A stretch of 30,391 nt of DNA from a virus. Its lineage: Duplodnaviria; Caudoviricetes. Positions 8,028 to 16,615 of the stretch are shown piece by piece. Each line of letters begins with the position of its first letter. The stretch's first letter is position 1. The notes below the pieces were generated by a model that searched no databases, had not been told where the DNA came from, and saw only the letters and a program-made list of their open reading frames with translations. The translations under genes were made by a program, and so were the position numbers. The stretch lies in IMG/VR virus record IMGVR_UViG_3300010281_000272, positions 1 through 30,391 of that record, one strand, 5' to 3'.

Positions 8028-8243
8028 TCACCACAAAGGAGCCAGTGCGGCTAGTTCGGCGTCGATCTCGGCTAGTTCCCGCTCCTGAAACAGGGAGGCC
8101 AGGCGACCGTCGCCGTTCAGTTCCTCAGTCAGTCGGTCCAGATACTCATATGACGTGATCCAGGCCCGCCGCCGCTTCAGTTGCTCCCGCCGGGCCGCTC
8201 GGTACTCCCAGTCGTAGTAGTCGTCATCGTACCAGTCGTACAC
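8028..8243 (-). CDS. Small hypothetical protein with an acidic/aromatic N-terminus, 71 aa
   Basis: RBS AGGAGGGG before GTG; sequence begins MYDWYDDDYYDWEY. Confidence 0.7.
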   Translation of the reverse strand: MYDWYDDDYYDWEYRAARREQLKRRRAWITSYEYLDRLTEELNGDGRLASLFQERELAEIDAELAALAPLW

Positions 8244-8318
8244 TGCAATCCCCTCCTGTTGGTGTGCCCAGCCCCGGCTGGGGCCTGGCGTCTTGGTTTG
8301 CTCGTCTTCTTGATTCTA

Positions 8319-8415
8319 TGTTAGCGTTGACGACAACAAAACACCATAGTCCCTTGTGTTTATTTAGCGTTGACGCCAACATACTATGTTGTTGTGGATG
8401 CTAACATGGTACACT
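8319..8415. promoter_or_regulatory. Divergent promoter region with three ~20-bp operator-like repeats
   Basis: TTAGCGTTGACGACAACA (8321), TTAGCGTTGACGCCAACA (8364), inverted copy TGTTGTTGTGGATGCTAA (8387-8404); TG-n-TACACT -10 at 8407-8415; TAGAAT -10 on the minus strand near 8313-8318. Confidence 0.7.
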
Positions 8416-8435
8416 CAAGATGAGAGGTGATAGCC

Positions 8436-8711
8436 ATGGGCGAGGAGCGGCTGCTGAGCGCAACAGAGGCCGGACGGGCGCTGGGCGTCCCTGCGGCTAC
8501 GGCCAGGTGGCGGGCGAAGCGGGCGCTGGAGGCCGGGGAGCCGGGCGTGACACGAGTGGGGCGGATGATCGTGGCTCCTGTGTCGGTCTGGGAGCGAGTG
8601 CTCCTTCGCGTTGATCCCCAGCAGAGGGGGCCGCGCCGGATCGGTGACCGGGCGTACCGGAAGCGCGAGCTGTTGGAGGAGCGGAAACGGGAGACCCCCG
8701 CCGAGCAGTGA
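8436..8711 (+). CDS. Small excisionase/MerR-like HTH DNA-binding protein, 91 aa
   Basis: RLLSATEAGRALGVPAATARWRAKR HTH plus wing TRVGRMIVAP; RBS GAGAGGTG. Confidence 0.7.
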   Translation: MGEERLLSATEAGRALGVPAATARWRAKRALEAGEPGVTRVGRMIVAPVSVWERVLLRVDPQQRGPRRIGDRAYRKRELLEERKRETPAEQ

Positions 8712-8772
8712 CCCGGCGGGGCGCTTCCATAAATGAAGCAGGCCGCCGGGTGTGATCCCAGCGGCCTTCTGC

Positions 8773-9135
8773 TCACGCATGATGTTCGATTTGGTTCGTG
8801 ACTTCGCCCTCGATCTCGTACCCACCGTACCGGATCACGTGCCGCCCGGCAACGGCCAGGGTCGGCAGGCCCGTGGCCTGGTGGATCGTCTCAGCCAGGC
8901 GCTTGGCGGTGGGACCGTCGGCCACATAACCCGCGTAGGTGTAGCCGGGAACCCGCACGTACACCCGGTACGTGTCACCTACCGTCATCACCTGGTCGGC
9001 CCCGGCCTCCCGGATCATCCGCTCGACAGTGGCGGCCAGCTGCCTGACCTCGGCTGGCATGGCAGCCATGCGGCGGGAACAGTCTTCCTCGATGGCCTTC
9101 GCGAGCTCGGTGATCGGGACTGCGGTCAGTTTCAT
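8773..9135 (-). CDS. Hypothetical protein, 120 aa
   Basis: Strong RBS AAGGAGGAG before ATG; upstream minus-strand promoter TTGCGT-17-TACAAT (9415-9387). Confidence 0.75.
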   Translation of the reverse strand: MKLTAVPITELAKAIEEDCSRRMAAMPAEVRQLAATVERMIREAGADQVMTVGDTYRVYVRVPGYTYAGYVADGPTAKRLAETIHQATGLPTLAVAGRHVIRYGGYEIEGEVTNQIEHHA

Positions 9136-9473
9136 TCTAACTCCTCCTTAGATTCCCCCGGCCTCTGCCGGGGGTGTGATGTATCGCCCGGCAGGGCGGT
9201 GGAACCTATGGAGCGGCTGGTAAGCCACCATCTTACTCCGCTGTTTGCGGAGCGGTTGCGGAGCGGTTGGGAGAGCGCCCGATGAGGCGCCGGACCTGCG
9301 CCTGGTGGTGCAGGCTGGCCCGTGGGCCAGTGTCTGGCCGGTGCGCTGGGGAGCGCCCGCCAGGGGTTGGGTTACTACCTGTAACCATTGTACACCTAGA
9401 CACACCTGGACGCAAGAGGTTTTGCAAGAGAATATTGACAATATCACCATATAATGATATAGAGAGTACCCCT

Positions 9474-9780
9474 TATCACTCGTGATAGGGGGTATCATTA
9501 GCGATAAGGGATGCCTCTTATCACGGGTGATAGGGGGTATCACGGCTGATAGGGGAGGGGTTATCACGGGTGATAACCCCCCTATCACCCCTGATAACCG
9601 AAGTTATTAATAGAAGATACCCATATACAGCGGTGCGCGTGGAACTGGGAACCACCGAGAGTCCGGCTTCGCCGGGAGGGGGGGTGCCACGACATAGGCC
9701 CCGGCCAGGTAAGGTACGGAGTGCCATTCACAGGCAGGGGCCTTGGTTCTGGATCGAGCGGCGCCAGCCGCTCCTTTCGG
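9474..9780 (+). repeat. Origin-like module copy 2: six TATC-N6-GATA boxes, AT-rich segment, four-way-junction fold
   Basis: Boxes at 9474, 9493, 9519, 9538, 9562, 9583, separated mostly by G/C tracts; core 9598-9780. Confidence 0.9.
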
Positions 9781-9798
9781 CGGATCTCTGATCCCATA

Positions 9799-9827
9799 TT
9801 GAGGATGTTGTCTAGTTGGTGTATGAT
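9799..9827 (+). promoter_or_regulatory. SigA-like promoter with no downstream ORF
   Basis: TTGAGG-17 bp-TATGAT. Confidence 0.45.
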
Positions 9828-9861
9828 GACAGCGCAAGTGGGTCCAGTCCACACGATCAGG

Positions 9862-9903
9862 AGAAGACGACCTGGTGCTTAGCGCCGGGCCGTCTTCTTT
9901 TTT
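9862..9903 (+). terminator. Intrinsic terminator with a + strand U-tract; may also stop the convergent recombinase transcript
   Basis: AGAAGACG-ACCTGGTGC / GCGCCGGGC-CGTCTTCT stem followed by TTTTT. Confidence 0.8.
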
Positions 9904-9950
9904 GCTCGTATTGCTAGTCCACGGGTCCGGGCGTGTCGCGGCCGGCATGA

Positions 9951-10922
9951 TCAATCGTCCATCCATCGGGCCAGGTCATCCAGCGACGGGGCGGCGTAGC
10001 GGGCCGTCGTGTCCACGCTGCTGTGCCCGGCCAGCCTGGCAGCCACGTGCAGGGGCATGGGTTCCTTCCGCAGACCATATTTTGACGGGTCAACCAAGGC
10101 GCTGATGAAGGTGGCTCGGAGGTCATGCGGCCCGAGGACGTATGGCAGACGGGCGTCCCGACCCAGCCGCTCCACGATATGGCGCACGCCTCGTACCGTG
10201 AGCGGCCCCCTCTCACCGATAATCACAGGAGCGGAGGGGCCATCCCACCACTCTCGCTGAGCGGCTGGCAGGCGGCCCCGGATCACCCATGCGTCCAGCC
10301 GCTGGCGGCGCTCGCCCTCCAGGTAGGCAGTCAGGGCTTCTCGGGCTTCCAGCACCAGCGGTACCCGGCGGCGCTTCCGGCCCTTTCCGTTGCGGATCAG
10401 CAGTTCACCGGAGCGGGGGCCGATGGTGATGTCGCCAAGCAGGAGGGGGCAGTGGTCGCGGGCGGTCTCCGGTGCGATCTCCCCGACTCGCGGCCCGGCG
10501 TAGCGGAGGAGACACACCAGGGCGGTCTCCAGCTGCCCGGCGGCCTCGGCGGCCCGTCTGACCGCCCGCCACTCGGAGAGGGTCAGGGCCCGGCCCTCAT
10601 CGGAGGGGGCCACATCCGTCAGGCGGGGGACTCTCCGGGCCGGGTTTGAGCGCCCTGTCCGGCCGGCGTGGTCCAGCAGCAGGGCGACGGACACCAGGCG
10701 GCGATTAACGGTGGAGGGCGCCTTGCCAGCCGCTCCAGAGTCCCGCCACTCCCGCACGTCGGCGGTGGTCACCTGCTCCGGCCCCTCGATCCCCTGTGCC
10801 TCCGCCCACGCCGCGAACGCCTCAGCATCGGCCAGGTAGGCCCTGATGCTCCGCTCGGACAGGGCGGTCTCGGTGGTCATTTCTGCGGCCCACGAGTCCA
10901 GCAGTTCAGCCCACTGGCTCAT
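9951..10922 (-). CDS. Xer-like tyrosine recombinase (resolvase/integrase family), 323 aa
   Basis: N-terminal SAM-like domain (LSERSIRAYLAD...KAPSTVNRRL); catalytic residues GPRVGEI (R), GKGRK (K), HDLR, GH, TARY (Y); no arm-binding N-terminal extension. Confidence 0.93.
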   Translation of the reverse strand: MSQWAELLDSWAAEMTTETALSERSIRAYLADAEAFAAWAEAQGIEGPEQVTTADVREWRDSGAAGKAPSTVNRRLVSVALLLDHAGRTGRSNPARRVPRLTDVAPSDEGRALTLSEWRAVRRAAEAAGQLETALVCLLRYAGPRVGEIAPETARDHCPLLLGDITIGPRSGELLIRNGKGRKRRRVPLVLEAREALTAYLEGERRQRLDAWVIRGRLPAAQREWWDGPSAPVIIGERGPLTVRGVRHIVERLGRDARLPYVLGPHDLRATFISALVDPSKYGLRKEPMPLHVAARLAGHSSVDTTARYAAPSLDDLARWMDD

Positions 10923-11161
10923 TTGACACGCACCGCCACGAATCGAGCATCCACCAGGCTCAGATCATCGCCTACCAGCGACTCCGGCGCCATCAGGGTG
11001 GCGGCCAACAGTTCGCAGGCTTCGTTCAATGTGACATCGCCTGGCGTCCCGTAAATACAGCGGGCCCAGCGGAGGAGCGTATCACGGTCCCGGCACGTGA
11101 TTCGGGCCACGAAGGTGACGGGCTGAGGCGCGGACTGGGGCTGTACAGTTTCTAGTGCCAT
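10919..11161 (-). CDS. Hypothetical protein, 80 aa, translationally coupled to the recombinase
   Basis: RBS AAGGAGTG; its TGA stop overlaps the recombinase ATG (ATGA). Confidence 0.6.
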   Translation of the reverse strand: MALETVQPQSAPQPVTFVARITCRDRDTLLRWARCIYGTPGDVTLNEACELLAATLMAPESLVGDDLSLVDARFVAVRVK

Positions 11162-11177
11162 CCTAGCGGCTCACTCC

Positions 11178-11283
11178 TTATTCGGACGTGTCGGGTTATC
11201 GGACAAGAAAATGCGGCCTTACAGCGGGGTCACAGGGCCATTTTGACCTGTATGTTGGTCCTCTAATACCCATTATCGGACAA
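11178..11283. other. Putative dif/res-like recombination site with accessory repeats
   Basis: Core TGGTCCTCTAA-TACCCA-TTATCGGACAA (11256-11283; 11-6-11, arms 8/11 symmetric); a second TTATCGGACAAG at 11196 and TTATTCGGAC at 11178; upstream of the recombinase operon. Confidence 0.65.
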
Positions 11284-11309
11284 GCTGTTACAACTTGCAA
11301 GTCTGAACA

Positions 11310-11386
11310 GATGAGACGATGATGAGACGGGCATGACTCAAGGATGAGATTTCCTACCCTTATCTGGTGTTACATTTTTCTATGAT
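11310..11386 (+). promoter_or_regulatory. Putative activator-dependent late promoter upstream of terS
   Basis: GATGAGAC (11310), GATGAGAC (11321), CATGACTC (11332, weak), GATGAGAT (11343) at an 11-bp period; -10 TATGAT at 11381 with no consensus -35. Confidence 0.6.
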
Positions 11387-11434
11387 GGGGCTCCGCAGGC
11401 AGCGGGGTCCACTTTTTTGGAGGAGGTGACCACC

Positions 11435-12013
11435 GTGGTTGACCTGCTGGATGCGGAGCGCCAGCCGTGGGAGCGCCAGAGGGGCGAGCCTAGCCGGGCG
11501 TTCCGTGCATTCGCCTTGTACCGTGACATGGGGGCTGAAAGGCGGAGTCTGCGGCGTCTGGCGGAAGAGATGGGTGTCTCACTCCGCCTGGTCTCCCGGT
11601 GGTCACGTAAGCATCACTGGGTCGAGCGGTGCGCCGCATGGGACGATGAGGTGGACCGCCTGGCCCGTGAGGAGCAGACCAGGGCAATTGCGGAGATGCG
11701 CCGCCAGCACGCTGAGGAGGCGGTGCGGCTCCGTCTGGCAGCGGTCAAGCGCCTGATGGAACAGCTGGAGGGATTCACGTTGGAGGATCTGGACCAGGCT
11801 GACCTTTTGAAGATCTGGGGCGAGGCGGTCAAGGTCGAGCGGCTGAGCCGCGGTGAGCCTGAGACTGTCCAACAGCAGCAGATCACCGGCCGGGACGGCG
11901 GCCCGGTGCGGGTAGCTGGACCGGACCTCAGCAAGCTGACAGACGCGGAACTGGCCCAACTGGAGTCCCTGCTCTCCAAGGCAGGTGATACAAGTGCTGG
12001 CACAGATACCTGA
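11435..12013 (+). CDS. terS: Terminase small subunit
   Basis: PWERQRGEPSRAFRAF...HTH...W; C-terminal QITGRDGGPV...DLSKLTDAEL; RBS GGAGGAGGTG; directly before terL. Confidence 0.8.
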   Translation: MVDLLDAERQPWERQRGEPSRAFRAFALYRDMGAERRSLRRLAEEMGVSLRLVSRWSRKHHWVERCAAWDDEVDRLAREEQTRAIAEMRRQHAEEAVRLRLAAVKRLMEQLEGFTLEDLDQADLLKIWGEAVKVERLSRGEPETVQQQQITGRDGGPVRVAGPDLSKLTDAELAQLESLLSKAGDTSAGTDT

Positions 12014-13439
12014 TCTGGAGGCCGTCCGCCAGGAACTCGCCCGGCGGCGGCTCCGGTCTTTTTTGGAGTATGACGGCCAGGGGCACTGGCGAACTGCCAG
12101 GCACCTCGAATTGCTGTGTGAAAAGTTGGAGGCCGTCGAGCGTGGCGAGATCAAGCGGCTGATGGTGTGCATGCCGCCCCGGCATGGCAAAAGCGAAGTG
12201 GTGTCCAAGAAGTACCCGGCCTGGTATCTGGGCCGGAACCCCTGGCACGAGGTCATCCTGACTTCCTATTCAGCGGAACTGGCCGCCGACTTCTCCAGGA
12301 TTGCCCGCGGTACGCTCCGGGATCGGGGCGACCTATGGGGCGTCAAGGTGGCATCTGACAGCGCCGCCGTTGGTCGGTGGGGCATCGAGGGCACCCGAGG
12401 CGGCCTGGTGGCGGCGGGTGTCGGCGGTCCCATCACAGGCCGGGGCGCTCACCTGGCCATCATCGACGATCCTGTGAAGAACGCCGAGGAGGCCAACTCG
12501 GCGGTGATCCGGGAGCGGGTCTGGCAGTGGTACCAGTCCACGCTACGGACACGCCTGGCCCCCGGCGGTGCCATCGTTCTGGTGATGACCCGCTGGCACG
12601 AGGACGACCTGGCCGGCCGCCTGCTCCGGCAGATGGAACAGGGCGGCGAACAGTGGGAGGTCGTCTGCATGCCCGCCCTGGCGGAGGAGGACGACCCGTT
12701 GGGCCGGGCGCCCGGCGAACCACTGTGGCCCGAACGTGGCTTTGACGCCCGCTGGGCGGCGGAAACCCGCACGGCGGTCGGCTCTTACGTGTGGGCCGCA
12801 CTCTACCAACAGCGCCCGTCACCTTCTGGTGGCGGGTTTTTCAAACGCTCCTGGTTCCGCTACTTCTCGGTGGAGACCAGCGGCAGCGAGACCTACTACG
12901 TTCTCCACGGCGAGTCCGGTGACACGCGGGTACTGGCCAGTAAGTGCTGGCGGTTCACCACCACGGACCCAGCGGCCACCCAGCAGGAACGCTCTGACTA
13001 CTTCGTGACCTGCCACTGGGGGGTCACGCCTGATAAAGACTTGCTCCTCCTGGACCTATTCCGGGAGAAGGCGGAGACGACCCGGCACCGGGCTATCATG
13101 GAGAACCTGTACCGCTCCTGGCGGCCAAGCCAGATGTTCGTTGAAGACCGAACCTACGGTCTGGCGATCATCCAGGACTGCAAGCGGCTTGGTCTCCCGA
13201 TCCGGCCCCTGAAGGCCGACACGGATAAGGTGAGCCGCGCCCGTCCTGTCCAGGCCCGGTACGAGATCGGAACGGTGTATCACCGGGAGGGTGCGCCCTG
13301 GCTGGCTGACCTGGAAGCGGAACTGCTGGCTTTCCCGCATGGGGAGCATGACGACCAGGTGGACTGCGTGGCTTACGCCGGGCTCCAGGTGGTCACCGGA
13401 GGCGGCGCCACAGTAACTGCGAAACCGAAGGGGTGGTGA
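11985..13439 (+). CDS. terL: Terminase large subunit (start may be GTG 11994)
   Basis: Walker A MPPRHGKS, Walker B AIIDDP, MTRWHEDDL, nuclease domain TTDPA...HDDQVD. Confidence 0.96.
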   Translation: MIQVLAQIPDLEAVRQELARRRLRSFLEYDGQGHWRTARHLELLCEKLEAVERGEIKRLMVCMPPRHGKSEVVSKKYPAWYLGRNPWHEVILTSYSAELAADFSRIARGTLRDRGDLWGVKVASDSAAVGRWGIEGTRGGLVAAGVGGPITGRGAHLAIIDDPVKNAEEANSAVIRERVWQWYQSTLRTRLAPGGAIVLVMTRWHEDDLAGRLLRQMEQGGEQWEVVCMPALAEEDDPLGRAPGEPLWPERGFDARWAAETRTAVGSYVWAALYQQRPSPSGGGFFKRSWFRYFSVETSGSETYYVLHGESGDTRVLASKCWRFTTTDPAATQQERSDYFVTCHWGVTPDKDLLLLDLFREKAETTRHRAIMENLYRSWRPSQMFVEDRTYGLAIIQDCKRLGLPIRPLKADTDKVSRARPVQARYEIGTVYHREGAPWLADLEAELLAFPHGEHDDQVDCVAYAGLQVVTGGGATVTAKPKGW

Positions 13440-14878
13440 CGGTGCTGACTGATATGGAATTCCTGAGTCCCGGCGAGGCGTGGCCGCCACCCTCGGAGGT
13501 GGAGCGGTTGGAACGGTACCACGCCAACCGCCTGCTGTTCGATGGGCGCCACGAACTGGTGTATCGGGACTGGAGCCGCTTCCTCCGGGACGACGGCGCC
13601 CTGGCGATTAAGCTGGTTTTGAATTGGCATAGGCGACTGAGCACCCTTTGGGGCGACCTGCTCCTCGGGGAACCACCCCGAATCCATGCGGGTGATAGCG
13701 GCTCGGTAGAGGAGCAGACTCTGACCCGGCTGATCACCCAGAACCGCCTCTTTTCGGTGGCGTACGCAACGGTGATCGACGCCAGCCGCTACGGTGTCGG
13801 CATTTTCAAGGTCCGCAGCGACGGAAAGCGGGCGGTGATCGAGCCCCAGAACCCAAGCTGCTGGTTCCCGGTGGTCTCGGTGGACAACCTGCATGAGATA
13901 ACCGCCCACGTGCTGGCCTGGCCTGTGGAAGCCACGGTGACCGGGCTGCTCGGTAAGCAGCGCAAGAAGTACATCCGGGTGGAGATCCACCGTAAGGGGG
14001 AAATTGAAAATCGGCTCTATGAGCTTCAGGACACCTGGATTGGCCGCCAGGTGCCCTTGACTACCCTCCCGGAATATGCCAGCCTGCCTCAGACCCAGCG
14101 GACCGGCGTGGACGGCTTCTTGATCGTCCCGTACACCACGATAGAGACGAGTGATGCGCCGTACGGGCCGGATGACTACTCCGACCTGGATTCGATCATC
14201 CAGGAAATGGAATGCCGGTTTGCACAAATTTCCAGAATTCTGGACAAACACGCCGATCCGTCGATGTACGGCCCACCGCTGACTGGCCTGGACGGCGACG
14301 GCGACACGATGATCGGCGGTAGCCACTACATCGCAGTCCAGCCCGGCGAACAGACGCCGGGTTATCTTGTGTGGGATGGGCAGTTGGAGGCGGCCTTCCG
14401 CGAGATCGACCTGCTGATGCAGCAGCTGTATCTCCTCAGTGAGACCAGCCCGGCCGCGTTCGGGAAGCTGGAGGGCGGCATTCAGAGCGGAACGGCTTTA
14501 CAACGGCTGATGTTGGCCCCGTTGAAGAGGGCGGAGCGGATCAGACAGCAACTGGACCCGGCTCTCCGCACAACCATCCAGACGGCGGCGGCCCTGGAAG
14601 CGGCCCACGGGCTGAATAATGCGGTACCGCTGCCGAACCTGACCATCGAGTGGCAGGACGGCCTGCCCATCGACGAGACCGAAGCCACCACCGTCGAGAC
14701 CCAGCGGTACGCGGCGGGTCTGACCAGCCTGGAGGCGTCCCTGCGGCGGCTGTACGGCCTTGAGGGCGAGGCCCTGACCGCTGAAATAGAGCGCATCAAG
14801 GCTGAGCGGGCGGTCAGCGCCCCGGACGAGCGGCCCCGGATCACGCTGGATGATGTCGGCGGCGCCGGGGGTGAGTAG
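13433..14878 (+). CDS. Portal protein (SPP1 gp6-like)
   Basis: 481 aa after terL; LNWHRRLSTLW...GEPP, G-DDYSDL, SGTALQRL motifs. Confidence 0.88.
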   Translation: MVTVLTDMEFLSPGEAWPPPSEVERLERYHANRLLFDGRHELVYRDWSRFLRDDGALAIKLVLNWHRRLSTLWGDLLLGEPPRIHAGDSGSVEEQTLTRLITQNRLFSVAYATVIDASRYGVGIFKVRSDGKRAVIEPQNPSCWFPVVSVDNLHEITAHVLAWPVEATVTGLLGKQRKKYIRVEIHRKGEIENRLYELQDTWIGRQVPLTTLPEYASLPQTQRTGVDGFLIVPYTTIETSDAPYGPDDYSDLDSIIQEMECRFAQISRILDKHADPSMYGPPLTGLDGDGDTMIGGSHYIAVQPGEQTPGYLVWDGQLEAAFREIDLLMQQLYLLSETSPAAFGKLEGGIQSGTALQRLMLAPLKRAERIRQQLDPALRTTIQTAAALEAAHGLNNAVPLPNLTIEWQDGLPIDETEATTVETQRYAAGLTSLEASLRRLYGLEGEALTAEIERIKAERAVSAPDERPRITLDDVGGAGGE

Positions 14879-14880
14879 CC

Positions 14881-15708
14881 ATGCCCGCCTCCCTGCGGAT
14901 ACCGGACCCAGATGGCTGGATCTGGATGATGAGCGAACAGGAGGCCGAGCGGCTGGCCCGGCTCTACCAGAAGGCCGAGCAGGAGATCGAGCGGGCGATC
15001 CTCCGGGCCATCAGTCGGGGGAATGACACCCGCTACTTGGAGGGCGTGAAGCGCAACATCCAGGCCATCCTGAAAGACCTCCAAGAGGGCAGCCGGACCT
15101 GGTGTGAGCAGGCCATTCCGAGGCTCTACGCCGCCGGGGCTAAGGCTGCCGAGGCGGGGCTGGCGGACAAAGGTATGAACCTTGTGACCGGGTTCGGCGC
15201 TGTGCACCAGCAGGCCGCACAGCTGCTGGCCGAGGCCAGCTACAATCGCCTGGTCGAGGTCACAGCCACCATCGGCCGGCGGGTGGACGACATCTACCGC
15301 CAACTGAGCCTGGAGGCCGTCCGGGGCTCGGTGATCGGGTATGACACCTGGCGGACAGCGGCCCGGCGGCTCCGGGATGACCTCGCCGAGCAGGGGATCA
15401 CCGGATTCGCGGACCGGGCCGGGCGGCGCTGGAACATGCGGACCTACGCGGAGATGGTAGGCCGCACGGTGACAGCTGAGGCCCACCGGATGGGCACGGC
15501 CAACCGGATTCTGGAGCACGGGATCGACCTGGTGCGAATCACCGGACACGAAGGCCCTTGCGAGATGTGCGGACCGTGGGAGGGCCGGATACTCTCCTTG
15601 ACAGGCCGCACGGAGGGTTATCCGACGCTGGAGTACGCCCAGAGCCGGGGCCTGTACCACCCGAACTGCCGCCACGCCATGGTGGCTCACGTTGACCTGA
15701 CCACATAA
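14881..15708 (+). CDS. Minor capsid / head morphogenesis (MuF-like) protein
   Basis: GRRWNMRTYAEMVGRT, CEMCGPWEG, GLYHPNCRH motifs. Confidence 0.9.
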   Translation: MPASLRIPDPDGWIWMMSEQEAERLARLYQKAEQEIERAILRAISRGNDTRYLEGVKRNIQAILKDLQEGSRTWCEQAIPRLYAAGAKAAEAGLADKGMNLVTGFGAVHQQAAQLLAEASYNRLVEVTATIGRRVDDIYRQLSLEAVRGSVIGYDTWRTAARRLRDDLAEQGITGFADRAGRRWNMRTYAEMVGRTVTAEAHRMGTANRILEHGIDLVRITGHEGPCEMCGPWEGRILSLTGRTEGYPTLEYAQSRGLYHPNCRHAMVAHVDLTT

Positions 15709-15919
15709 CCACCAGAGCCCCGGAGGGGCTGGGAGTGAACCTGCGGGTTCGGGAGTCGGCGGAGGAGGGCGCCGCGACCTGGTGGGTAAGGTACGCAAAC
15801 ACTGCGGTAACAACGCCGGAGGCCAGTGCCCCGGCGTTTTGATTTCCCGCCCGAGCCAGCCGCTCGGCGGGAGCATCAATTTCTGGGCCAGGTGCCCGCA
15901 TGAAAGGAGGCGCAGCCAG

Positions 15920-16615
15920 ATGCTGCGTTTCGGTGAACTGACCATGACCACGTTCCTGCCTCTTTTCGCTCCCGACGGCGCTGGTGGAGGCGGTGAAGGC
16001 GCCAATCCGGCCCCCGGCAACGGCGGCGGCGACGGAGGCAACAGCGGCAACGCTGGCGGCGGGCAGACGGAGACCTTTGACCGGGCCTACGTCGAGAAGC
16101 TGCGGCAGGAAGCTGCCTCGTATCGGACCAAGGCCAAGGAACTGGAGGGGAAGATCGAGGCCACTAAGACCGAGACCGTAACCGCCATTCTGAAGGCTTT
16201 GGGCATTGATCCAGACCCGGCAAAGTCAGCTGAGCAGCAGGTGCAGGCCGCCAAAGCCAAGGCTCAGGAAGCTGAGGCGAGGGCGAATGAGCGGTTGATC
16301 CGGGGCGAAATCCGGCTCCTGGCTGATCGGGTCGGCCTGGACCCCCGAGCGGCTGATGACGCCTACATGCTGATGGACAAGGCCAAGGTCACCGTGGCGG
16401 ATGACGGCACGGTCCAGGGCGTTGAGGAGGCCCTGAAGGCCCTCTTGGAGGCCAAACCTTACCTGATGCGGCAGACCGCACAGCCTGTCGGCTCGGGCTC
16501 GAACCCCGCCAACGGCGGTAACGCCCCGGCTGATCTCCGCCAGCAGTACGAGGCGGCTATGAAGTCCGGCAATATCGCCCTGGCAATCGCACTGAAGGAC
16601 CAGATGACCCGATAG
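15920..16615 (+). CDS. Capsid scaffolding protein
   Basis: RBS AAAGGAGG before ATG 15920; LPLFAPDG plus Gly-rich N-terminus, YVEKLRQEAASYR coiled coil, KPYL motif; precedes the MCP. Confidence 0.88.
   Translation: MLRFGELTMTTFLPLFAPDGAGGGGEGANPAPGNGGGDGGNSGNAGGGQTETFDRAYVEKLRQEAASYRTKAKELEGKIEATKTETVTAILKALGIDPDPAKSAEQQVQAAKAKAQEAEARANERLIRGEIRLLADRVGLDPRAADDAYMLMDKAKVTVADDGTVQGVEEALKALLEAKPYLMRQTAQPVGSGSNPANGGNAPADLRQQYEAAMKSGNIALAIALKDQMTR

Noticed and set aside
9148-9791. ORFs across module 2 (9148-9588 -, 9570-9791 +) and the N-terminal extension of 27735-28322 across module 3
   Set aside because: Low-complexity translations of palindromic boxes without RBS; the reading frames are not conserved among the three copies.
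9951-10922. Classical prophage integrase with attL/attR at the window ends
   Set aside because: The gene is internal, lacks an arm-binding domain, and I found no terminal direct repeat or tRNA fragment by eye.
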